A stretch of 64,000 nucleotides of DNA from an uncultured Rickettsiales bacterium (GTDB lineage Bacteria; Myxococcota_A; UBA796; UBA9615; CAYRNR01), in contig CAYRNR010000033.1 of assembly GCA_964425605.1 (NCBI GenBank), positions 31-64,030 of the forward strand. The letters run 5' to 3'. The stretch's first letter is position 1. Each line of letters opens with the position of its first letter. A program made the translations under genes and the position numbers. Below the pieces are notes generated by a model. It was not told the origin of the DNA and searched no databases. It saw only the letters and a program-made list of their open reading frames with translations. Below are positions 52,477 to 61,819 of the stretch, in pieces.

Positions 52477-54368
52477 CGTGTCTGCTCCCCTCTGTCCGAA
52501 CCGCTGCGCCGGCGCCGCAAGCTCCAAACAAGCAGCAGGACCGGAGCGACCGAGGCGCCCTGCGCGGGGGCCGCGCGACATCCACGGCCGCCGAGCATGT
52601 CCTCGCGCGGGTCCGTACTCTCCAGGTACTCGTCGATATTCGCCACGCCGTCAAGGTCGGGATCGTCCAGGGAGTCGTCGACGGCCGTGTCCAGGAAGTG
52701 TGTCCACTCCCAGAGATCGGCCATCTCGTCCCCGTCCACGTCACGCGGGAGCCGGATATCGAGCTCGAAGGCGGCGCCCTCGGCGACGTGAATCACCTGT
52801 GCGTCCGCCAGCCGTCGCTCGCCGCCGCTGTACCAGGTGACCCATCCAGGATCGTCGAAACAGTAGCGGTAGGGCTCCGCCTGGAGTGTATAGGACCCCG
52901 GCACCAGCGGAGCCAGTCGGTATGACCCGTCCTCCTCGCTGGTGGCGAGCCTGGAGGGCAGCTCTGGATCGTCGGGCAGCGCCGTGACGTAGATCCGGTC
53001 CAGCGGGCGCCCCGACTCCCGTTCCCACACGTGCCCCTCGATCACCGCGGCCGTGGGCAGCGCCCGCGCGCCCAGGTCCAGGATCTCGCCCTGGACCACG
53101 TCGAACAGGTCGGCGTCGTTGCTCGACGAGCAGACACCATCGCCGCAGAGGTATCCAGCGAGCACGGTATCCTCGTTCGGGTCCACGTGGATCCGGTAGG
53201 AACCGCTGGCCAGGGTCCCGACGGAGAAGGAGCCGTCGACGTCCGTGTCCGCGCTCGCGTCGGCGCCCTCGCCCTCCGGGTAGGCGCGCACGGAGACGTC
53301 GTACAGCGGGTCGCCGAGGCCCGTCACGCTCCCTGCGACGACCCCCTGGGTTCCGAGGGCCACGTCCACGCCCGTCGTGACGCCGTCCTCGTCCACCGCC
53401 ACGGCGTCGGTCACCGCCGTGGCCAGCCCCTCACTGGAGACCTCGAGGGTGTACGACCCCGGCGAAAGCCCCGACAGGGTGTAGGTCCCGTCGAACCCCA
53501 GCGTCGCCGTGGCCTGGATCCACGACTGCTGATCGTGGCGAGCGTAGACGCCGCCGACGGTCAACGGCGCACCCTCGAGGTCCGTCGCCGTCCCCTCGAT
53601 GGTGGCGCCTGCGGGGATCACCATGTCCCAGCCATCGAGCACCTGGCCACGCAACGCCGTCACCGGCTCGGCCTCGTCGGCCGTGTACCCGGCCGGGTAG
53701 TAGACCACCGGGCGACCCGACACGGTCACCTTGAGCTCGTAGTTGCCCGGCACCGGCGTGGGGTCGTCGCTGCTGACGATGGCCGAGTCCAGGCCCACCA
53801 CGGTGTATCGGCCATCCACGGCCGTGTAGACGGTGGGGTCGATGTTGGAGTTGTAGTAGTCGAGGCCGCGCACGTCGATGCGGGCCCCCTCGACGGGGTC
53901 TCCGGTCGAGCCGTCGGTGACGATCCCGCTGATGGTCCCGCCGCGCGGCAGGTTGAAGTCGATGCCGTCCGCGTACCGATCGTCGCGCAGGTCCAGCAAG
54001 GTCCCGCTGCAGTAGAAGTACATGTCGGCGTAGTACGCGCCGATGAAGTCCTGCCCGTCCAGGGGCCATGCCTTGAGCCGGTGGAAGTCCGCGGGCAGGC
54101 CCATGGCGTGGTAGGCGCCGTCCGCGTCGGTGGTGAAGATCTCGTAGTGGGCCTGGACGTCGAACACCACCACGGACATGCCAGCGATGGACTCGCCGTC
54201 GGGGTACGAGACCACACGGCCCTCCACGTGGCTCGCGCCGCCCGGGTCCACCTGTCGGTTCCCGGGCCACGTCGCTCCCTCGATGACCTCCTCGTCCGCG
54301 CACCCTGGCGACGCGAGGACAAACCACGCGACGACGAGCCAGGCAGTGGAGGCTGGGCTGGATCTCAC
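52473..54368 (-). CDS. lipoprotein with repeated carboxypeptidase-regulatory-like domains and MYXO-CTERM-like tail
   Basis: Lipobox LASPGC. Repeated G.V.D..G.P..GA.V units. DxDxDG-type calcium-like motifs, then GC-RAAPAQGASVAPVLLLVWSLRRRR. Confidence 0.7.
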   Translation of the reverse strand: MRSSPASTAWLVVAWFVLASPGCADEEVIEGATWPGNRQVDPGGASHVEGRVVSYPDGESIAGMSVVVFDVQAHYEIFTTDADGAYHAMGLPADFHRLKAWPLDGQDFIGAYYADMYFYCSGTLLDLRDDRYADGIDFNLPRGGTISGIVTDGSTGDPVEGARIDVRGLDYYNSNIDPTVYTAVDGRYTVVGLDSAIVSSDDPTPVPGNYELKVTVSGRPVVYYPAGYTADEAEPVTALRGQVLDGWDMVIPAGATIEGTATDLEGAPLTVGGVYARHDQQSWIQATATLGFDGTYTLSGLSPGSYTLEVSSEGLATAVTDAVAVDEDGVTTGVDVALGTQGVVAGSVTGLGDPLYDVSVRAYPEGEGADASADTDVDGSFSVGTLASGSYRIHVDPNEDTVLAGYLCGDGVCSSSNDADLFDVVQGEILDLGARALPTAAVIEGHVWERESGRPLDRIYVTALPDDPELPSRLATSEEDGSYRLAPLVPGSYTLQAEPYRYCFDDPGWVTWYSGGERRLADAQVIHVAEGAAFELDIRLPRDVDGDEMADLWEWTHFLDTAVDDSLDDPDLDGVANIDEYLESTDPREDMLGGRGCRAAPAQGASVAPVLLLVWSLRRRRSGSDRGEQTR

Positions 54369-55579
54369 GGGGCGGGCGCCTTGTCCGCGGTCCCCTGCTC
54401 CCGGTCCAGCTGCTCGTCCACCCGCTCGGCCAGGGCGATGGCGAAGCGGTAGGCGAGCGTGATGCTGCCGCGGCTGAGCAACTTGATGCGATCGCGGCCG
54501 GTGTGCACCGGGGTCGCCGGGCGCCCCGACCGCAGCCCCTTGAGGGTGATGGCCGGGTAGCGGTGCCGAGACGCCACGCCCGCGTCGCTCAGACCGAGCA
54601 ACAACATCGGCCGTACCTGCTTGTAGTCCTCCTCCCGAGCCAGCGCCGCCGCGAGCCCGGGCAGGAGCGGGTGGTAGGTCTCACGCGAAGGGGTCTTCTC
54701 GCCCACGGCGAAGCAGATCCGCCCTGCGCCGACGTCGTCGATGTTCACCACGAAGGTGTTCTCGGGCGGCAGCGTCCGACCGAAGGTCTTGAGGAACGCC
54801 TCGACACCGCCGCAGTCCGCCTCACGGCTACCCGTCACGAGGAAACACGGCTCCGCGTGCTGGAGGGGGTGGCTGGCGAAGTACTCGGCAAGCGCCGCCA
54901 GCACGGCCAGGCCCGATCCGTTGTCGTTGGCGCCCCGGGCGGGTCGCGGAAGGCTCCAGTCCATCGACAGCAGGGTCACCACCGCGAACAGGACCACCGG
55001 GATCATCAGCAGTACGTCGAGGACCTCGAGGTGGATGCCCGGAAATCGAAGGGCGATCAGCGCGACCTGGATCCACCCTACCTCCAGGGCCAGCCGCATC
55101 GGGTGCACCTTGGTCGTGCTGTCCGCGCCCTGGAAGAACCGCCCCAGCCAGCGGTTGTGGATCAATCCCCGGCGCGCCACGTCGCCGTGGGCGACGAAGA
55201 GGATGCGGGGGATGTCCTCGTCCTTGCCCGCCATCCTGCGGGCGATGAGGTTGCTGGAGATACCCTTGGGTAGCAACCACCGGAACATCCGCCGGCGGTA
55301 CGCGGCCTCCCCGTGCAGCGACAGGATCGTCAACAGGGTCAGCACCAGCCCCGCCTTGGGGTTGGTCACGCCCCACAGCCCCCCCAGCACCAGACAGAAG
55401 CTGTGGATGGCCCACACGAGCCCAGGGTTGAGATGGCAGACACACCCCTCGACCCGCGCCTGGTAGCCCAGGCGGTTGAGGAGCCCAGCCAGCGCCTCCT
55501 GGCTCGCCCGCTCGCCACGCCCTCCGGCGGTGCGGTCGCCGAACTGCCTCAACTGCTCGATGAACGGCCGCGCTTCCAC
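54365..55579 (-). CDS. membrane-embedded M28-family metallopeptidase
   Basis: FVAHGDV and RGANDNGSGLAVL M28 motifs, interrupted by TM helices. Confidence 0.7.
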   Translation of the reverse strand: MEARPFIEQLRQFGDRTAGGRGERASQEALAGLLNRLGYQARVEGCVCHLNPGLVWAIHSFCLVLGGLWGVTNPKAGLVLTLLTILSLHGEAAYRRRMFRWLLPKGISSNLIARRMAGKDEDIPRILFVAHGDVARRGLIHNRWLGRFFQGADSTTKVHPMRLALEVGWIQVALIALRFPGIHLEVLDVLLMIPVVLFAVVTLLSMDWSLPRPARGANDNGSGLAVLAALAEYFASHPLQHAEPCFLVTGSREADCGGVEAFLKTFGRTLPPENTFVVNIDDVGAGRICFAVGEKTPSRETYHPLLPGLAAALAREEDYKQVRPMLLLGLSDAGVASRHRYPAITLKGLRSGRPATPVHTGRDRIKLLSRGSITLAYRFAIALAERVDEQLDREQGTADKAPAP

Positions 55580-55667
55580 CGTACCCTCGCTGTGATTGGA
55601 TGGCTGTCACTGTAGCACGGGCGAGCGCGACAGGCGCACGAGGTGGTGTGTTGGGTACAATCCGCAC

Positions 55668-56954
55668 ATGAGCGGAGTCGGGGAACACATCACATTCGAG
55701 GCCGCCGGGCGGAGGTTCGTGTTCGTGGTGGCGTCGTCGGCCCTGTTCGAGGTGGACGGGGAGCTCGACGACGCCGTCTGGACTCAGCTGGCCTCGGTCG
55801 GAGCGACACGAAGGACGCGGGACCCCGCGCCGGACGACGGCACGCTGGCCACCCTGGTGCTGCAGCTGCGGAGGTCGTGTAACCTCAGGTGCGCCTACTG
55901 CTACTGCGATCCCGAACCGGGCGACGGAGCGCCAGACCGTATGTCCGCGGAGACGGCCCGCGCGGCGGTGGACCTCTTGTTCGCCCACCTGCCCCCTCGG
56001 GGGCCCGCCGGCATCACCTTCTTCGGGGGAGAACCGTTGCTGGAGCTCCCCCTGCTGCGCGCCACGGCCACCCACGCGCTACAGCGAGCCGCGGAGCTCG
56101 ACCGGGAGGTCACCTTCTCCCTGACCACCAACGGCACCACCGTGACCGAGGAGGCGGCGGATCTTCTGGCGGAGATCGGCGCGCGGGTCACCGTCAGCAT
56201 CGACGGCGACCGCGAGCTCCACGACCACTACCGCGTCTTCGCCGACGGCACGGGCTCGTACGACGCAGTGAAGGCCGGCGTGAGGCTCCTCGAGCGGGGA
56301 CTCCGCCCCAGCGCCCGGGCGACACTCACGGCCGACTCGCCCGATCCAGTACCCGTGGTGGACCACCTGCTCGGCCTGGGCTTCGAGTCCGTGGGGGTGT
56401 CCGTCGCGGACGTGGCGGATCCATCGCTGGCTCCGGCCGACGCGGCGCTGGAGTTGATCGAAGCTGGGATGGAGACCCTGGCCGATCGCTACCTGGACCA
56501 GGCGCTGGCCGGCCGTCACCTGGGATTCGCCAACCTCGACGGCTTGCTGCGCACGCTGCACCGCGGGATGAACCGGGACTACCCGTGCGGCGCAGGGCTA
56601 CGGCTCGCGTGCTGCGACACGGACGGGACGCTCTACGCGTGCCATCGTCTGGCAGGGCGCGCCGCGTACGCCGTGGGGACCCTCGACGGGGGCCTGAACC
56701 GCCGCGACCGGCTGCGCGACCTGAGCCTCCGCGCGCGCACCGGCTGCCACAGCTGCTGGGCGCGGCACCTGTGCGGCGGCGGCTGCCACCACGCCCGACT
56801 CGTCGCGGGGCGCGACGTGGAACAGTTGCAGGTGTGTGCCTGGCTGCGGCGATGGATGCTCAAGGGCCTGCAGGTGTACGCGGAGCTGGTGGTGAGAGGG
56901 ACGCCGTTCCTGGCGGAATTCGTCGATCCTGCACCGCCGTGCGCGGTAGAGTAG
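55668..56954 (+). CDS. qhpD: radical SAM / SPASM peptide-modifying enzyme, QhpD-like
   Basis: CNLRCAYC (CxxxCxxC). C-terminal SPASM cysteines (CGAG...CC...C..., CHSCWARHLCGGGCHH). Followed 17 nt later by the Cys-rich peptide gene. Confidence 0.75.
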   Translation: MSGVGEHITFEAAGRRFVFVVASSALFEVDGELDDAVWTQLASVGATRRTRDPAPDDGTLATLVLQLRRSCNLRCAYCYCDPEPGDGAPDRMSAETARAAVDLLFAHLPPRGPAGITFFGGEPLLELPLLRATATHALQRAAELDREVTFSLTTNGTTVTEEAADLLAEIGARVTVSIDGDRELHDHYRVFADGTGSYDAVKAGVRLLERGLRPSARATLTADSPDPVPVVDHLLGLGFESVGVSVADVADPSLAPADAALELIEAGMETLADRYLDQALAGRHLGFANLDGLLRTLHRGMNRDYPCGAGLRLACCDTDGTLYACHRLAGRAAYAVGTLDGGLNRRDRLRDLSLRARTGCHSCWARHLCGGGCHHARLVAGRDVEQLQVCAWLRRWMLKGLQVYAELVVRGTPFLAEFVDPAPPCAVE

Positions 56955-56971
56955 CGGCGCGGAGGCGAGCG

Positions 56972-57262
56972 ATGGCCAAGGGAATCCGACCGATCAACCT
57001 CAAGGCCCACCTGCTCATGCGGCGAGGCGACGTCCAGGGGTGCGCATTCAGCGAATGCTCCTCCACGTTCGCGCCCGGCTGGGAGGTGGGCGAGTTCGGG
57101 GATCCGGACCCCTGTCCCTGGAAGTTCGACCTGGAGCTGTGCTGGGCCACCTGCTACTGGACCGGCCAGGTACCCGACATGTACATGTACCCCGACTGGC
57201 TCGGCGCCTGCGCGAACATCAACCTCGACTGGCGCAACCTGTGCACCATCCCGGACAACTGA
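56972..57262 (+). CDS. qhpC: 96-aa Cys/Trp/Asp-rich peptide, QhpC (QHNDH gamma subunit)-like precursor
   Basis: GGAGG 6 nt before the ATG. Seven Cys and six Trp. The Cys-to-Glu/Asp and Cys-to-Trp spacings match the QhpC cross-link pattern (see findings). Only the last 96 codons of listed ORF 55889..57262 are real. Confidence 0.65.
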   Translation: MAKGIRPINLKAHLLMRRGDVQGCAFSECSSTFAPGWEVGEFGDPDPCPWKFDLELCWATCYWTGQVPDMYMYPDWLGACANINLDWRNLCTIPDN

Positions 57263-57264
57263 CC

Positions 57265-58266
57265 ATGCGCTGCCTCCTGCTCCTCCTCGCCCTGGTGGCG
57301 GTCACTCCGGCCCACGCGGAGAACGCCTGGGTGGCGTCCACGTCCATCCGGATCATCGACCTGGACTCCGGCGCGCTGGTGGGGAGCACCACCGTCGCGG
57401 CCGATCAGGTGATCCGCGAGATCGCCTTCGACGACAGCGGCGCGCGCGCCTTCGTGGCGTCCATGGGCGGTCTGTTCGTCGTGGACACGGCGTCCCTGGG
57501 CGTGCTGGAGCGGATCAGCGACCGGCCCACCTGCTCGGTGGACTTCCGCGATGGCACCCTCGCAGCGCTCCACCTGAAGCCCGCGGGCGACGGGCTCGCC
57601 GAGCGGGATCAGGGGATCCCGTCCACGGTGACCCTGGCCCTGTACGACGCGGCCACCGGCGCAACGCTGGCGCAGGCCGAGGTGCACGGCCGACCGCTGC
57701 GGGTCCGCGCCACCGCAGATCGCCTCTTCGTGCTCGACTCCAACGAGGCGGTCCTGACGGTGTTCGACCGGGCCGCGTCGCGGATGGGAGAGGTGGATCT
57801 GGCTCCGGACGCAGAAGACGGGCAGGCGTTCCTGTGCGCCGATCTGAGCCTGTCCGGCGAAGGCACCCTCGCCGTGGCGCGCAGTTCGTCGGCGGGTTCG
57901 GCCGTCGTGATGGTGTGGCCCGCCGACGCCGTGGCCGACTCCAGGGTGTCCGTGGTGGACGTCGGGGCCGAGCACCGCGTCCGCGGCGCCGCGTTCGCGA
58001 TGGATTCCGAGCACGTGTACGCCACGGCCATGGGCCACGTCGCGCGCCTGTCGACGAGCGCCCCGGCGGCCACCTGGCAGCACGTCGGGCACCGCTTCGC
58101 CGCGGTGGAGACCTCCCCCAGCGGGGCGTACGTCGTGATGGCCACGCCGATCTTCGACGAGCAGCGCGGCACGGGCGGTGTGCTGGTGGCCGACGCCGAG
58201 GGCCGGACCCTGCGGGTGATCGAGCTGGTGGACATCTCCCCCTACACCCTCGCCGTCCAGCCGTGA
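57265..58266 (+). CDS. qhpB: secreted beta-propeller protein, QhpB (beta subunit)-like
   Basis: Signal peptide MRCLLLLLALVAVTPAHA. Repeated beta-strand blade-like units. Its position directly after the peptide gene matches qhpDCB order. Confidence 0.55.
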   Translation: MRCLLLLLALVAVTPAHAENAWVASTSIRIIDLDSGALVGSTTVAADQVIREIAFDDSGARAFVASMGGLFVVDTASLGVLERISDRPTCSVDFRDGTLAALHLKPAGDGLAERDQGIPSTVTLALYDAATGATLAQAEVHGRPLRVRATADRLFVLDSNEAVLTVFDRAASRMGEVDLAPDAEDGQAFLCADLSLSGEGTLAVARSSSAGSAVVMVWPADAVADSRVSVVDVGAEHRVRGAAFAMDSEHVYATAMGHVARLSTSAPAATWQHVGHRFAAVETSPSGAYVVMATPIFDEQRGTGGVLVADAEGRTLRVIELVDISPYTLAVQP

Positions 58267-59120
58267 CCGCGACGGCAGGCTTCACCGTCTCCGCCCGCGG
58301 TGATCGCCCCCTGGCCCAGCGCGCCCACCTCCCCGACTGGCTCCGCTCCGCGCGGCGCTCCCACCTGCGGATCGGCTCGTCCCTGTGCCACCGCCGGATG
58401 CCCGACGCCGCGGCCCTGGAGCGTGCGATCGGTCGGTCACGCGACGCGGGGCTGGGCCTGGAGGTGGCGACACCAGTCGTGGGTGACGTCGCCCTGGAGG
58501 CGCTCACACGGCTGCTGCTGCAGCTGGCCGAGGAGGCACCCGACGCCGAGGTCGCCGTCAACGATTGGGGAGTCCTGCGGGTCCTGATCCGCCGGGGTCG
58601 CTCCCTGCGCATCGTCGCCGGGCGACTCCTCCACCGACAGATGCGCGATCCCCGCCTGGTGACCCTGGAGCCCCGGGATCTGGGCCACGACGACTGGCCG
58701 GAGGCCTGGCGCTGGGGGTCTTCGTCCTCCCCTGCGTGGCGGGAGTTCGCCTCGGCCTGCGGCATGACCCGCTTCGAGATGGACTGGGCCCGTCCCGGTC
58801 CCGGGCCGACCCCGCCGACGGGGCTGGACGCCTCGATCCACCTCCCCTTCACGCTGGTGGGGCTGGGCAGGACGTGCCTCGACCACGGTCCCGCGGGACC
58901 GGCGGACGGGTACGGCGGTGACGAGCCCTGCGGCCAGGCCTGCACCGGGAGGCCTCGCGGGGTCGTGGAGTCGAGCTCCGCGGCGGGATCCGTGGAGCTG
59001 CTGCGGGAGGGACGCGCCGAGCTGGTTCGCCAGCCGCCCGAGGAGCTGGAGCGGGCCCGGACGTGGCTGGTCACACCGCCGCGGGGCACACGCGTGATCG
59101 TCGCCGGCGAGGGGGACTGA
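58263..59120 (+). CDS. U32-family Fe-S protein, UbiV-like
   Basis: The GTG overlaps the preceding stop. GSSLCHRR, VAVNDWGVLRVL, IVAGRLLH and the C-x17-C-x3-C cluster align by eye with E. coli UbiV. Confidence 0.6.
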   Translation: MTATAGFTVSARGDRPLAQRAHLPDWLRSARRSHLRIGSSLCHRRMPDAAALERAIGRSRDAGLGLEVATPVVGDVALEALTRLLLQLAEEAPDAEVAVNDWGVLRVLIRRGRSLRIVAGRLLHRQMRDPRLVTLEPRDLGHDDWPEAWRWGSSSSPAWREFASACGMTRFEMDWARPGPGPTPPTGLDASIHLPFTLVGLGRTCLDHGPAGPADGYGGDEPCGQACTGRPRGVVESSSAAGSVELLREGRAELVRQPPEELERARTWLVTPPRGTRVIVAGEGD

Positions 59121-59121
59121 C

Positions 59122-60084
59122 GTGGATCTGCTCGCGCCCCTCTCCGCTGCCGAGGAGGTCGAGCCCCTGGTCCGGGCCGGCGCCACGGACCTGTACTGTG
59201 GCCTGTTCGACCGGGGCTGGGCGCGGCGCTGGGGGCTGGGGAGCTGGCCCAACCGTCGCGGGCCCGGGCCGGCGAATCTGGGCGATCTGGAGGAGCTGGA
59301 ACGAACAGGTCAGGAGGCGGCCGCAGCGGGAGTCCGGCTCCACCTGGTGCTCAACTCGCCGCTGCTGGGCGACGAGCAGGAGGCCGCCGTGCTCGCCCTC
59401 GCCCGGACGGCCGTGGAGGAGCTGGGGGTCCACGGGCTGATCGTCGCCAACCCGGGCCTGTTGCGTCCCCTCGCCGACACCGGCGCCCTGGTCACGGCCA
59501 GCACCCTGTGTACGGTGCGCAACGCCGAGGCCGCGCTGTTGCTGGCCGACCTGGGCGCTCATCGTATCGTGCTCAGCCGACAGCTGGCCCTGGCGGAGAT
59601 GCGCACCATCCGCGACAGGACGCCCGGGCTGGAGCTGGAGGCGTTCGTGCTCAACGACGCGTGCGTCTTCGAGGAGGGCAGCTGCTTCACCGCTCACGCG
59701 CTGCCGGGCTGGGGCGGAACGTACTGCCTGGGTGATCGTCGGGTGCTCGAGGAGTCCGACGCCTGGGCGCGTCACCGGGCGTGGACCGACGCCCTGGGGG
59801 CCCGCGGCTTCTCCGCGGCGGGCCTCCCCCGCGGGCCGTGTGGCCTGTGCGCGCTGCCCGCGCTGGCGGACATGGGGATCGACGGCGTCAAGGTCGTCGG
59901 CCGGGAGGCGCACCCGTACAGGAAGGTCCGGTCGGTCCAGATGGTGCGTCACGTGCTAGACGGCCTCGACGCGGGCGGCCCCGAAGAGGCCTCCTCGCGC
60001 GCCCTGGCGCTGCGAGACGACGCGGGCGGCTGCCGCTCGGGCCTCTCGTGTCTGTACCCGGAGGCTCGCCGCTTCGATGAGTGA
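59122..60084 (+). CDS. U32-family protein, UbiU-like
   Basis: N-terminal LLAPLS..E..PLVRAGATDLYCG. EAFVLNDACVFEEGSC matches the E-x-F...C-x4-G-x-C part of the U32 signature. GPCGLC is also present. Confidence 0.7.
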   Translation: MDLLAPLSAAEEVEPLVRAGATDLYCGLFDRGWARRWGLGSWPNRRGPGPANLGDLEELERTGQEAAAAGVRLHLVLNSPLLGDEQEAAVLALARTAVEELGVHGLIVANPGLLRPLADTGALVTASTLCTVRNAEAALLLADLGAHRIVLSRQLALAEMRTIRDRTPGLELEAFVLNDACVFEEGSCFTAHALPGWGGTYCLGDRRVLEESDAWARHRAWTDALGARGFSAAGLPRGPCGLCALPALADMGIDGVKVVGREAHPYRKVRSVQMVRHVLDGLDAGGPEEASSRALALRDDAGGCRSGLSCLYPEARRFDE

Positions 60085-61819
60085 GTCGTCCCCCTCCCGC
60101 TGGCACGAGCTGCTCCGCGTTCTGAGCTGGCTGCGGCCCCACTGGCGGGTCCAGGTGGGGCTGCTGGGGCTCATGGCGCTGGGCACTGGGCTCTCCCTGG
60201 CCTACCCCTGGCTGCTCAAGCTGGTGTTCGACCAGGTCTTCGCCCGCGACCGCTACGAGCTGCTGCCCTGGCTCGCGGCGGGCATCGCAGCGTCCGCCGT
60301 GGCCGGCGCCGCGTTGAGCGCCCTCGCCTCGTGGCATCAGGCGCGCCTCGCCGTGACCGTGCTCCTCGAGCTGCGGACCGCCCTGTTCGACCGGCTCCAG
60401 CGGTTGAGCCTGGACTACGTCCAGCGGGCCCGGCTGGGGGACCTGCTCAGCCGCCTCGGCGGGGACCTCAACGAGGTGCAGACGGTCGCGACGTCCACCG
60501 TCATCCCGCTGGCGGGCGCGCTGCTGAACCTGACGGGTTCGGTGGTCCTGCTGGCCTGGATCTCCCCCACCCTGCTCGGCGTGGCGCTGCTCTTCGCGCC
60601 CGCGGCGTGGGCCCTGGTGCGCCTGTTCCGCCCCCGCGTCGAGGCGCGGGCGCTTCAGGTTCGCGAGCGCAACGCCGACCTGGGCAGTCAGATGGTGGAG
60701 AGCCTCCAGGAGGCGCGGTTCGTGCGCGCCAGCGGCACCGCCGATCTCGAGGTGTCGCGGTTCGCGGCCCTCAACCGCGCCCTGGCGACGAGCGTGCTCG
60801 GCTTCCAGAAGCTCTCCCTGGCGTATGGAGGCACAGGGCAGGTGCTCGTGGCGATCAACGGGCTGGCCATCTTGCTCGTGGGAGCCGCGCTGGTGCGCCA
60901 GGAGATGCTCACCGTGGGCGATCTCGTGGCGTTCGCGCTGTATCAGGCCCGACTGTTCGGTCCGGTGCGGGGCCTGACCGCCATGGCCCTCGGCCTCCAC
61001 CGCGCGCGCGCCTCGGTGAGGCGCGTATTCGAGGTCCTGGACGAGGACCTCCCCGCGGCCCCTTCCGGCGGCGGCAAGGCGCTGGACGCTCTCGAGGGGC
61101 GCGTGGAGCTTCAGCATGTGGGCTTCGCCTACGATCCGGGGCACCCCGTGCTCGAGGGCGTCTCGTTCATCGTCCCGCCCGGGCGCTCCCTCGCCGTGGT
61201 GGGGCCTTCGGGGGTGGGCAAGAGCACGCTGGTAGACCTCCTGCTGGGCCTGCGCCAACCGACGGCGGGAACGGTGAAGATCGACGGACACCCCCTCGAG
61301 ACCCTGGATCCGGGGTCGTTCCTCCCTCGCATGGCCCTGGTGAGCCAGCGCCCCGCGGTCTGGTCGGACACCTGGCGCGCGAACCTGCTCTACGGCATCG
61401 AGCCACGCGACGACCGCGAAGTGTGGGAGGCGCTGCAGCAGGTGGGCCTGCTGTCGTTCGTCGAACGCCAGGGCCTCGACGCCCACGTGGGTCAGCGGGG
61501 GGCACGCCTCAGCGAGGGGCAACGCCAGCGCCTCGGCCTGGCGCGCGCGCTGCTGCGGAGGCCCGCCGTGCTGGTGCTGGACGAGGTCACCGCCGGCCTC
61601 GACTGGGAGGCGGATCGGCTGGTCGGCGACCTGCTGGCGTCGCTGGACGGCCGCGTGACGCGCATCCTGGTCACCCACCGCCTCTCCCTGTCCGCCATCG
61701 CCGACGAGGTGGTGGTGCTCCAGGAGGGTCAGGTCGTGCAGCGTGGCGACCACGCCGCGCTCAAGGCGGCGCCGGGACTCTACCGGGATCTGCTGCGACG
61801 GCAGGTGGATGTCGGCTGA
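60077..61819 (+). CDS. ABC exporter (fused TMD-NBD), QhpF-like
   Basis: Six-TM N-terminal half. Walker A GPSGVGKST, signature LSEGQRQR, Walker B VLVLDE. Confidence 0.8.
   Translation: MSESSPSRWHELLRVLSWLRPHWRVQVGLLGLMALGTGLSLAYPWLLKLVFDQVFARDRYELLPWLAAGIAASAVAGAALSALASWHQARLAVTVLLELRTALFDRLQRLSLDYVQRARLGDLLSRLGGDLNEVQTVATSTVIPLAGALLNLTGSVVLLAWISPTLLGVALLFAPAAWALVRLFRPRVEARALQVRERNADLGSQMVESLQEARFVRASGTADLEVSRFAALNRALATSVLGFQKLSLAYGGTGQVLVAINGLAILLVGAALVRQEMLTVGDLVAFALYQARLFGPVRGLTAMALGLHRARASVRRVFEVLDEDLPAAPSGGGKALDALEGRVELQHVGFAYDPGHPVLEGVSFIVPPGRSLAVVGPSGVGKSTLVDLLLGLRQPTAGTVKIDGHPLETLDPGSFLPRMALVSQRPAVWSDTWRANLLYGIEPRDDREVWEALQQVGLLSFVERQGLDAHVGQRGARLSEGQRQRLGLARALLRRPAVLVLDEVTAGLDWEADRLVGDLLASLDGRVTRILVTHRLSLSAIADEVVVLQEGQVVQRGDHAALKAAPGLYRDLLRRQVDVG

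Noticed and set aside
50243-52744. Single 833-aa minus-strand ORF in the track
   Set aside because: Only the last 382 codons (from ATG 51391) form the Ser/Thr kinase. The upstream part is an out-of-frame read-through over two other real genes.
55889-57262. 457-aa ORF overlapping the radical SAM gene
   Set aside because: Only the final 96 codons, behind a GGAGG and ATG at 56972, look coding. The rest is Arg/Pro-rich shadow text of the rSAM gene. The same logic applies to 46889-48052, where only 47810-48052 was kept.
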